Below, in pieces: positions 35,493 through 46,293 of a stretch of 64,000 nucleotides of DNA. Position 1 is the first letter of the stretch, and the number at the start of each line of letters is the position of its first letter. The stretch is from contig NW_005434671.1 in NCBI RefSeq assembly GCF_000315625.1, positions 879,798 through 943,797 on the forward strand. Reading direction: 5' to 3'. Position numbers and translations under genes: made by a program. Under the pieces are notes generated by a model, which was not told the DNA's origin, searched no databases, and saw only the letters and a program-made list of their open reading frames with translations. This DNA is from Guillardia theta CCMP2712. Lineage: Eukaryota > Protista > Cryptophyta.

Positions 35493-38083
35493 CTAGTAAA
35501 CACGCTTGGCAGGGGGAACAGGAGAATTGTCAGGCTCGCGCACAGTTGTACCTACAGGTCTGTAGTCGAGAGTTACCTGTACCTGTGTCAGAGGACAGCA
35601 TTCAATGCGCGATAGAGGGAGCACCTTTCCCTTGCTGTCAATCCATCCTACAGTATGCTTCATCCAGTTTGTGTCATCACGCTCAGGGAAGTCCTCCCTG
35701 GCATGAGCTCCGCGAGATTCCTTTCTTGCCTCCGCACCATACCTGTCCACATCCAGTCATCCGCCAAAGATATATCCTGTATCTATCTTTGTACATGGTG
35801 ATCATTGCATTGTCCAGGATGTTCTGCAACTCCAAAGTTTCGATCAGGTCAGTATTCCAGATCAAGCTGCGGTCGGTGATCTATTGAAGATAGAAAGCCA
35901 TATGTAAGAAGAAACTCATTAGAATCAAAAGGTACTACCTTGACATCTTGGAACTGTTTGTAATGCTCAGTGACAGCCTTGACTCCGTTTTCCAGAGAGG
36001 TCCTGTTGAACCAATAAATACAAATCATCAAACGAAAAAGGCTATAATTACTGAGTTCTGAAAACAGCAGCATCACGCTGCATAGTCTTCTGAAGGCCTA
36101 ATCTGCACTCCGCTGTCTTCAAAGAGCCATTCGAATAGCGCAACTGAAATAAGGATCAGTTCCCGAGGGCAACGCCGATTTACAATTCGAACAGAACCTT
36201 GTCCAGGTTTGCAATCGACTGCTCTCCGGCATTTGCAGGAAGGGGCTTATGTTTCTCTCCCGGCTTGCTATTCTCACTGACGTGGAGCGCAGCAGCACGG
36301 CCGAACACCACGATGTCAAGAAGGGAGTTGGCTCCCAAGCGGTTTGCTCCGTGGACGGACGCACAGCCACACTCTCCCGCAGCATATAGACCAGGAACAA
36401 TGGAAGAGTTATCGTTGCCCTGATCAGCAGTCAACAACCCCGTTCAATTCATCCAGCTTGAACCACCTTCTTCGTGACGACTTGGCCATACTGGTTCGTT
36501 GGGATACCGCCCATGTTGTAATGAACGGTGGGACAAACAGGAATAGGTTGCTTGGTAACGTCCACGCCCGCAAAAATGGAGGCAGTCTCCGAAATGCCAG
36601 GCAATCTCTCATGAAGCACCTTCCCAAAGCAGTCACATGTCTTCAACAATCCTTGAATGAACCAACCTCTGGAGGAAGATGATCAAGATGCAGGTGAATC
36701 CACTCTCCGTTAGGACCGCAGCCGCGACCTTCACGAATCTCGATGGTCATGGACCTCGAGACAACGTCCCTTGAGGCCAAATCCTTGGCAGTTGGCGCAT
36801 ACCTTGATTCAGCTGATCAGAGAATTGAGAAATACAGGGGTTTAGAAGCCAACCTCTCCATGAACCTTTCGCCGTCCTTATTACGAAGGATTCCACCCTC
36901 ACCACGGCAACCTTCAGTCATCAAACAACCAGCACCTGGAACTTTGCTTCAGCCGTGTTACTCATCGGCATCCAAGGTCACCATAAATGCCCGTGGGATG
37001 GAATTGCACAAATTCAAGATCCTGAAGAGGGAGACCAGCACGAGTCGCCATAGCATTGCCATCACCAGTGCAAGTATGGGCTGATGTGGCAGAGAACCAT
37101 GCTCTGCCGTAGCCGCCGGTAGCAAGAACGGTGTTGTGAGCTCTGCATCAGTTCAAGTCAAATCCAAGATCTAAATACGTCAATCGCTGACCTGAATCGA
37201 TGAAGAGTTCCATCCTCCATGCAAAGAGCAAGTACCTACACACTCACTCAGATACACCACACTACAAATGCTAATGACATACGCCACGGCAGCTTCCATC
37301 ATCATCCATGATGAGGTCGAGCGCAAAGTATTCAACGAAGAACATCGTGTTATATCTCAGCGCCTGTTTTCGAACATTATTGTTGTGCATGAAAAACTTA
37401 TCCATTCGTACCTGTCCATACAAAGTGTGGAGCATGGAGTGCCCAGTTCGGTCAGCAACTGCAGCACAGCGGTACGCTTGTCCTCCCTTGCCAAACTTGA
37501 GGGACTGCCCACCAAATGCGCGCTGATAGATCTTTCCCTCGTCTGTCCTTGAGAAGGGCATGCCGTAAGCTTCCAATTCTATCACTGCACGAGGGGCTTC
37601 CTTGCACATGTACTCAATCGCGTCCTACAACGGAATGTGAGGTGTTGCTAAGAGAACCGGCACTGGATCAACCTGATCACCAAGCCAGTCAGAGCCCTTG
37701 ACCGTGTCGTAGAAATGCCATCTCCAATCATCCTCGGTCATGTTCCCGAGAGCTGCATTGATACCACCCTGTGCAGCAACAGTGTGCGAACGAGTGGGGA
37801 AAAGCTTGGTGATGCAAGCGACGTTGAAACCATTCTCAGCAAAGCCCACAGCTGCACGAAGACCAGCACCTCCAGCACCGACGACGACAGCATCATAGGT
37901 GTGATCCACGATGTGATACTTTCCCTGGCTGTCTGCTTGACTGCCTTGAGGGCTTGCTTTCCCAAAAATCCCTCGGACAACCCTCGACGAGTGAAACTGT
38001 ATCAACGGTAAGGACAAGACAAAGCCAGAGATTTACACATGTTTTTGATAGCTACTGTACATTTTGGTTGAACATATCGACAT
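35493..38083 (-). CDS. SDH1: Mitochondrial succinate dehydrogenase flavoprotein subunit (a dozen or more short introns)
   Basis: [96 protein letters not shown]-terminal PPAKRVY*. Confidence 0.97.
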
Positions 38084-39454
38084 AAGAGCTGTATAGTCTA
38101 ACTGAATCCTGATCCCATTGCTCTTGTGAGCTGATACTCTCCATCAAAGCCCATTCCCAATGGGATGTACCCCTTCCCGTTTTGCCCCCTTTCTACCTTC
38201 CGTGCCGAACTACTGCAAACATGCATCCAACCACCACAATGGGTGAGTGATACAGATACGAAACATCCTACTGAGCTCAAGACCTCCCCCATTGTTCCTC
38301 ACCTGCCGTGCGTGATTGCCAAGACGCTGACTGACGCGGCGAAGCATGGCAGCGGACGGAGGCGCTATGCCTCTAACCCCTCCGACTACCCCATTGTTCT
38401 CTGGTCCCGATGGGGGTATTGCTTTTCATCGGGGGTGGGTACCATTTAGGGGTGTAGCAGCTCCTTGTCACCTACCCTCCCTAGGAAATCAGGGGGTACT
38501 TCAAGCTAAATACACCGGTGCATTTTACCACCATATCGAAAGGCTACCCGGAAGAGCATTCGGGTATGCTCGTTTTGGACCTACCCTGCTCTTACCTGTG
38601 ATTGTGTTGGAAATGTACCGGTAGTCGACGGTCATGCAGCCGTAAGTGCCTAAAGGAAGGGGTACTTGATGAGGGTGGGGTATTTGAAATCCTTTGAGAA
38701 ATGGTGGGTGGTCGAAGATTGAAAATAGCTCTGACCGGGTGGGTGCTTCTTGTAATGGGGTAGTCTTTCTGGTCCTAGGAAAGTCGTTGCTTGCTATGCA
38801 TGGGTCGTAGCGTTTGGACACGCACCTGGTACCCCTTTATCGATGTTTCTTCACCCCACCCCCTTCACCTGAATAGCATGTGTCATCAGTTCCTAGGACC
38901 ACATATCACTCTGGTCATAGTCATTTCCAATCCTTTCCTAAAGACACTGGTCATAGTGAGGAGCTATCGTAAGGCCTAGGAGAATAAAAAGGCAAGTTTG
39001 ACTAAAATAATCTCTTACTGATGATTCTGAAGGGGCCCGGCTGGGCCCGGGCGCTCGAACTTCCCGAGACGGTCATCGGAACTCAGATTACTAGTAGAGG
39101 TCATGCCGGGGATGAGGGTACAGAGTTTTAGCGCGCGGCAAGAAGCAAGGGCAGGCAGCAGAATGCGCACGGAGGGAACAAGGAAAGGGAGGCAGGGGAG
39201 GGAGAAAGAGAAGAACAGGAAGACGGTACGAGAAGGATAGAAGGCAACAACAGGAAACATGACGGGGGAGATTGTCAAGGAGAAAGTACGATCTGAGGAG
39301 AGTAGGTCTAGTGAAAGTCGAACCTTTCTCCGGGCTCGTGGCTTCCTTGCAGAACCTTTCGGGGATGGCAAGTGGAGGATTCTATTCTCGTTTTTCTTCT
39401 GTGAGCCTACACTAATGCTATGTTTGAAGCTCAGGTCACAGGTCACGAGGTAGC

Positions 39455-42400
39455 ATGAAGGACGAAGAGGCGGCCAATTCAACTGATCTGAGCCTCCTGG
39501 GCCTCGATCCCGGAAAACTCGTGTGGGGTCAGCTGGGAAAAATATGGTATCCAGCACGGGTGAGCTCTCCAATTTTGTTAAGTTCTGTCGTTGATTGGCT
39601 TCAGGTTGCTTGGAAGAAGAAAGCTCCACAGGATGTTGTGAAGTTGGAGAAGAGTGAAACGGTCCTAGTCCATTGGTTTGACAGATGGAGTGAAGTTCAT
39701 AGCAAGCCAAGCATGTATTCTTGCCTTTGCTGCTCTTCAAGAATATAAAGATTATTTACGTCAAGTCAAGCTGATTAATTGTTTGTAGGTGGGCGTATGC
39801 TTGGTTACCAGTGTCAAAGATCAAGGATTTTGAAGGGTGCTTCGATTCCTTGAGCAAGTCCAAGAAATCAAAACAATTCGTCGAGATGATATCTGCTGCC
39901 CTCGATCTCTGCAAGAACTTCAAGCCTGATGGATGGGACGCAGGAGTTTCAGAACATCCCAAACAGGAAGTCAAAAAATCCAAGCCAAACAACAAGGCTT
40001 CAAAGCCAAAGCAAAAACCGCAGGAAGTGATAATAGGAACTGAAAGACAACAGATGAAAATTCTCGGGGCATCAGTGGAGAGCAAGTTAAGTGAGGATGA
40101 CGAAGAAGAGGAAGAAGAGGAAGAAGACATTGAGGATGAGAAAGATAAAGAAACGAAGGAGTCCACAGAGGAGAAGAAATCAAGTGAGCAATCCAAGGGG
40201 TCGAAAACGTTAAGCGAACCATCAAAGAAATCAAAGAAGATTTCGGCTACAACACAAGAATCTAGGTCTGAGGACGAAGTTTCAGTAGCAGCAGCAGCAC
40301 AAGAAGAAGAAGAAGACGAAGAAGAAGAAGAAGACGAAGAAGAAGAACACAAACCCTCCAAGAAATCGGCAAATAAACAGAAAGCGAAAGCTAAAGCTAA
40401 CTTATCTAAGAAAGAGAAGTCAGCTTCTGAAAAGAAAACCAAGGAGAGCAAATCGAAAAGTAAAAATGCAACATCGAAGAAAGCTGAAAAGTCAAAGAAA
40501 GATAAAGGTGAAGGAAAAAAGAAAGGCCAAGCAGCTTCTACACAGGACACTGAGAAATCACTTGTGATCCCCGAGGCAGATTTAGTAGGCCTTAGCAGCG
40601 AGGAAGAAGGAGATGATGAGATGGAAGAAGCAACTACTTCTAAGGAAAGAGACCAACAGCCAGAAAAACTGGATTCCGGTGTTGCGATGAAAGATTCAGA
40701 CAATTCAAAAACAAAGACAGACAGTTCAGGGTCGATGCGAGAAGGACAGGGAAGGAAAGATGTTGATGTCGGGGAGGCAGATGTGAAAGGAGAAGGGGAG
40801 GCTGGATCAAAAAGGAATCGAGATGAAGTATTGGACAGTGCAAGTGAAAGCGCTTCAAAATCTGATATTCAGGCCATGGACCTCAAGAAACGTCGGCTGG
40901 CGCAATGGTCAGCTACAGCGACAGAAGAACCCAAAGTGGAGGCACCTACACCCAAACCAATCGACGTTGAACGATGCCGCTTGTTTCTCGGTTTTGTCTG
41001 CTTCTCAGTTGATGGCTTTCCCTAACAGCATGCCAGGAAATCTTCCCCACGGAACCACTCAAGAGCGAATTATGCAACACATCAAGTCGTTAGGGTTGCT
41101 CGACTGTCTTGATAAGGTTACATTGTTGAGGATCTACAAGACAGTGTGGACTGAATTTTCTTGACAGATTTTTCATACCCCTGGAAAGCGATTTGGTTTC
41201 ATCGCCTTAAAGAACTTTGAGAGCACCGTGCGCGCAAAAAAGGTGACAAAATGAATGAAGTGGTTTTGTTTGTTGCTGAAATTGTGTTCCAGACTCTGGA
41301 AGATTCGAGGTTTGATGGCACGAGAATCAAAGTTGAATATCCGAAAGATTCATTCATACACTCACAATCAAGTCAAGCTCCACCAAGTGTTGAGCAGAGA
41401 TCTTCACAACCCGTTCCAAGCAGAAATGGTGCAACGCGCGATCCTGAAACCTCCATTGGTTCCATTGAATCCATACGGAATACTTTAGCTCAGCAGGTCG
41501 AACAGCAACGACAACAGGTCCTTTCCCTTTCTTCCGTGTATATTTCTCACTTGCGAGACAGCTCTTGGCCAAACAAAGAGAGAATCTGAAGAACGAAGTC
41601 TCTATGATGAACCCGCCGCCTTATGCCCACGAGCCGCCCAAAGGCCCCATCCATGCTTCCGTTGACCCTCGTTCAAACGTCATGGATCCAAGACTGAAGT
41701 CTGCAGGCTCACAGGTGCAAGATCCAAGAATGTCGTCAGGAGCAGTTGACCCTAGGAAGAATCCTGCCTACGAACCGCCTGCTTCGTCTGCCATGAACCG
41801 ACAATCTTTCCCGATACCTGACAGAAAACCCGAGCCTCCCATGCCATATCAGCAGATGCCGCCGGCTCCGCCAGCAAATTCTTCCAACAAACTTGACTTC
41901 TCCAACGACCAAGACTCGGCAGCTGCTGTACTCCAGATGCTGCAGGACATCGCAGCTTCGATGCCCCAGGCCCAGCATCAGGATTTTGCGGGAGAGATGC
42001 AGCAGCATAGCCATCAACCCGAGTATCCAAGCCAGGCACGGCAACCACTCCCTCCCTACGGACATCCCAGCCAGGGAGCTATGAACGTGCCACCTGGTCA
42101 GCGGGGCCACATGGGCCCTCCCCCGCACGTGCCCCCACCTCACAACGAGGCCTCAGGTCCGATGCCAGGAGGATGGGATGACAGGAGCAGAGAACCTTAC
42201 TACCAACAGAACGCTTCCTACTACAACCCTGGGTCTGACGCTTGGAGGGATCGGCGTCATCCCTTCCCTCCACATGATGCCATGGATGGATATCCTCCAG
42301 AGAGCGACAGAGGGAGGGGCCACATGCATCAAAGAGAACATCCGAGGGAGGTTGTGATGCATGTACCTGCACAGCTCACTGGCATGTTGATCGGTCAGTC

Positions 42401-42614
42401 CGGTTCCACGATCCGGATTCTGCAGAAGGAGGCTTCCGATATAGGATGCCACATCGAACTGAAGCAGAACAAGCCTCCTCCCGAGGGGAATGGGGCCGGA
42501 AATTTGATCATCCATGGTTCACATGGAGATGATGTGAAGAGGGTGCGGCTGCGGATAAGCGCATTGTTGAACGAGGCTGAGCGGACAGGCACAATCAATC
42601 TTCGTGGGTTGTAA
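39455..42614 (+). CDS. PWWP + acidic/Lys-rich linker + RRM + DPR repeats + C-terminal KH domain protein
   Basis: GKLVWGQLGKIWYPAR...VLVHWFD...YAWLPVSKIKDF (PWWP); RLFLGNLPHG...KRFGFIAL...FDGTRIKVEYPK (RRM); MHVPAQLTGMLIGQSGSTIRILQKE (KH, GxxG). Start could be at 39259. Confidence 0.8.
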
Positions 42615-42821
42615 AAGAATTCATCGTTATATCAACGACCCCTTGCACTGTTGACTATCAACAGAGCAGGATTTCCTCCGTTCACATTTGCTTCTGAATT
42701 TCTGTTGCACGCTCAACATATTATCGGTAGCAAGGCAGTGTTGACGTATGAATAAAAGAACGAAGGCAAAGTGAAAGAAAGTGCGCTTTATTCTAATGAA
42801 CATTTTTTAGGGTAGTCTATC

Positions 42822-43265
42822 CTAAGAAAGCAACTTGTCCTTTTTCATAACGGGCTTGTACACTCCAGCTTTCGCTAGAAGGCGGAGGGTAGATGTTGTT
42901 GCGCAGCTCCTTTCGCTCTTGAAGTTCACAAACTCACTTGCTGGGAAATCACATTTCTGGCTCTCGCAGGGTTTACATGCGGCAGAAGAGTTGTATTCGA
43001 CATTGCATGACGATGCCGTTTCATCAAGCAGCTCAAACTTGTCCGCGACGGTGTCTGACTTGATCTTGTCCAGGACCTGATCTTGGTACGAGTCCAACCA
43101 AAGGCTGTCTTCCATCATCGCCATGTACATCCAGTCATGCTGGCTGCGTTTGCCATTTGTCTCATCAAGCTGGACCTGCTCTCTGATTCCTTTGAGCAAC
43201 TCGCGCTTCTTGGAAATGAGCCTGTCACTGACTCCAGGATGGGCAGCTTTGTTCCCCTTGTTCAT
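42822..43265 (-). CDS. Small intronless hypothetical protein
   Basis: ATG at 43265 (MNKGNKAAHPG...), 147 codons to TAG, protein-like composition. Confidence 0.55.
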   Translation of the reverse strand: MNKGNKAAHPGVSDRLISKKRELLKGIREQVQLDETNGKRSQHDWMYMAMMEDSLWLDSYQDQVLDKIKSDTVADKFELLDETASSCNVEYNSSAACKPCESQKCDFPASEFVNFKSERSCATTSTLRLLAKAGVYKPVMKKDKLLS

Positions 43266-43911
43266 ATCGGTAGAGAAAGTTGCGAGCAATGAAAGCGAGT
43301 AATCGAGTACAATTGTACGTTGAAACACAGAAGAGAGGGAGGAACGATGGGAACAGGAGGTCAAAAGGTGCTGATAAAGAGGATGGAGGGCGCGTCAGGG
43401 AGGTGTAAATATGGGAAAAGGCGGGGGGGGGAAGGAACATAAATTCAGGGAGGATTGGCCAGGTAGACACGGGGAGGGACACTTGATCCACCCTACCCTC
43501 GGGGTAAATTCCTGATTTCAAACCCCTCTTCTTTAGTTTATGGGGACCTTCATGAGGGTGGTGGGGTGGAAAGGTGTAGGGTACCTTGTGAGCAGGGGTG
43601 GATCTCCTGTCCAATGGTGGTCACATGCACCACGTCCCTTGTGACCACCTGATGACAGTACCCACCCCTGAGGTTCAACAGGAGTACCCCTTACCTCTAT
43701 CGACCCACACGATCTGGTACAAATGAACCCCCTTTGATCCATGTCAAAACCACCCCCGGGAGAGCGAAAACGGTATCTAGTGCTAATCTCCGGTGGCATG
43801 ATCACCCCTTGAAGTTTTACCACATGTCAGCACGGCCACTGGAGGACTAAGAATTAGAACGTTTCGTATTGTTGCGGGAGCTTCTTAGAAGCTCAGACTG
43901 ATCACTGAAGA

Positions 43912-44351
43912 CCGCATCGTTTGGCATTGTTGTGGGACAATTTATCAATAAAACTTTTTTTTGTCCTCCCCTCGTTTTGGGCGAACGTTGACAGATTTGA
44001 AATCTGGATGGAAGGTTTGAACAGGATTTGGAAGATAAGAAATCCGCATCGCTTGGCATTGTTGTGGGACAATTTATCAATAAAACTTTTTTTTCCCTCT
44101 TCTCCCCTCGTTTGGGGCGAAGATCTACAGATTTGAAATATGGGTGGGTAATTTGAACAGGATTTGGGAGATAAGAAATCCGCATCGCTTGGCATTGTTG
44201 TGGGAAGAGAGATTGAATAAAACTTTTTTTTCCTCTTCTCCCCTCGTTTGGGGCAAAGATCTACAGATTTGAAATATGGGTGGGTAATTTGAAAAGGATT
44301 TGGGAGATAAGAAATCCGCATCGCTTGGCATTGTTGTGGGGAGATTTATCA
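43912..44351. repeat. Tandem array of a 132-136-bp AT-rich unit (3 full + 1 partial)
   Basis: CCGCATCG(C/T)TTGGCATTGTTGTGGG recurs at 43912, 44044, 44180, 44316, with the whole unit conserved. Confidence 0.95.
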
Positions 44352-44728
44352 AATGCCGGATGTTTGAGGGGGAGCACCTCAAACATTGTCCAGGGGGGAG
44401 GTACCCCCCTAGACATTTCACTATGCATATTCTGGTAAAATGGTAGGTGAGGGTACTCAAGGAGCTAAACAGGGTGGGTGGTGGTTCCCCCGGGAAAGTG
44501 AAAAAATGGAGAGAAGCTCAATCCTGCATAACCCCACCCCACAAATAAAGGAGAATTCATAGTATTTCGATGGGGTGGTGACAGACCAAGTGTTTGTTTA
44601 GTCTAACATGAAAACTCTGGGCTCACCTCATCAATTGATTCAAGAAACCCTGGGGGCAGAATGCAACCAAAGTCGATGTAATGGCGATCACCAGAGCAAC
44701 ATGGCGGGAGGGGGCGCAACTATGAGCG

Positions 44729-46293
44729 ATGGCTGGACGACCTCAACGAGCATGGAGGAGGGTCTTTCTTCTCGTCCTCTGCCTTGTTGCCTGGTGCAAT
44801 GACCACTGCACCACGTCGACCACTGCATCTCTTCCTCCGCAGCGTGGATCCTGGCAGGGTGGGGAAAGAGCGTTCAAGAGGTTGTTGCTGCGAGGAGGGA
44901 TGGGAGTGGACAGCCTGTTCGGCCTCAAGAGCTTGCCGATATCGCCACAAGATGAGGGTTATATGCCATTTTTGAAGCACGTGCTTGAAATGGACGACGA
45001 GGAAGAGATAAAAGAATTTATGAAAGATTTCCCCAGTGATATCCGGGATTACGACCTGCCATCGGAGATTGAAGATGACGACGACAAGGGATTTGAGAGT
45101 GGCAACAATCCCAAGTACGCTAAGGGAGAAAAGATGCATGAATACACCAAGAACGAGGTCTTGGCGAACAAGGTGCCCGACCCCACTATCCGTCCGAGCA
45201 AGTGACATTGGTTTCGCAATAGCTCCTTTGGGTTTCTGCGATGAACGGTGATCTGGTCCAGGCATCCCAACTGCTAACTTGTGCAACTGCCCATGAGTCT
45301 TGATGCTCTCAGGTGAAGAGGGCGATAGAGGACCTTGGCGCCATCGTAGACTCGTCCAACCGCAAGTGGAAGCACTTCCGTGCGCTGCATTACGCTGCGA
45401 CTTTCAATCGCTCTGCTGTTGTAAGAAGTTCATTTGTCATGGATCCGACGTCATGCCTTACCGACAGGCGCTGTTGCTGATAGAGGACTACGGTGCAGTG
45501 GTGGATGTGCAAGACACCGAGGGCTTCACCCCATTGCTGAGGTGAGCGAGTCGTGCGTCATGGGAGGTGATGTTGCTGCAGGGCCGTCAAGTTTGGCAAC
45601 CTGGAAGTTTGCAAGGTGAAGGCGATGAAGCTGTCTTGTTTGTATGACCGTGTTCAGATTTTGGTCAAGTTCGGGGCGATGCCGATCGTGTGGACGAGGA
45701 ACCACTGGAATGGTTTTGATCTCGCGATGATGACGGAGAACGAAGAAATTATGAAATTCCTGCAACTCGCCATGGTCTACCATTTCAAGAACAGCACGTG
45801 AGAAGCGATGCAATGCTTTGATTGCCTTCGTCCAATGCTTGCCGCAGGGATGGATATGAGAGTTATTCGGGGGACATGGCGATGTATCCACGAGGGGATA
45901 TAACGAACTTGACGAACAAGGAGATTATCACCCTTGCTGCCAAGCAGCGAGAGAGCAAGCGAGCGGAGATACGGCAGTACCTTGCAAGTTTGCTGCCTCC
46001 AGGAAAGCTTCCTCGGCATTACAGGAAGCGTCAGTTTCCTCTTGTCAACGCTTCCAAGGTGACAGTACGCGAGATCGAGAAATTGACGCGGAAGCTGAGG
46101 ATGTGAGCGAGGGAGTTTCAAGGGGCGATGCAGGCGAGAGGCATCTCAAGAAAAATCGAAATTTACGAAAGAACATCTGCTAGTGTACAGGCGAGCTGGG
46201 CCCGAATATTTTGAATCCAGCCGCGACATGATTCCATCAACTTCGTTGCACGATTCGGCATGCTGGAAAGCTGAAATCGCGGAGCGAGTCTGA
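44729..46293 (+). CDS. Signal-peptide ankyrin-repeat protein, multi-exon; 3' end approximate
   Basis: Signal peptide VFLLVLCLVAWC, then LLLRGG; ankyrin motifs ALHYAA and LLIEDYGAVVDVQDTEGFTPLLRA...FGN...ILVKFGA...NGFDLA. Confidence 0.7.

Noticed and set aside
39756-40703. 315-aa antisense Ser/Phe-rich ORF
   Set aside because: Shadow of the Glu/Lys-rich exon on the plus strand.
43912-44351. CRISPR-like array
   Set aside because: The sequence between the conserved 25-mers is also repeated (no unique spacers), no cas genes are present and the context is eukaryotic.
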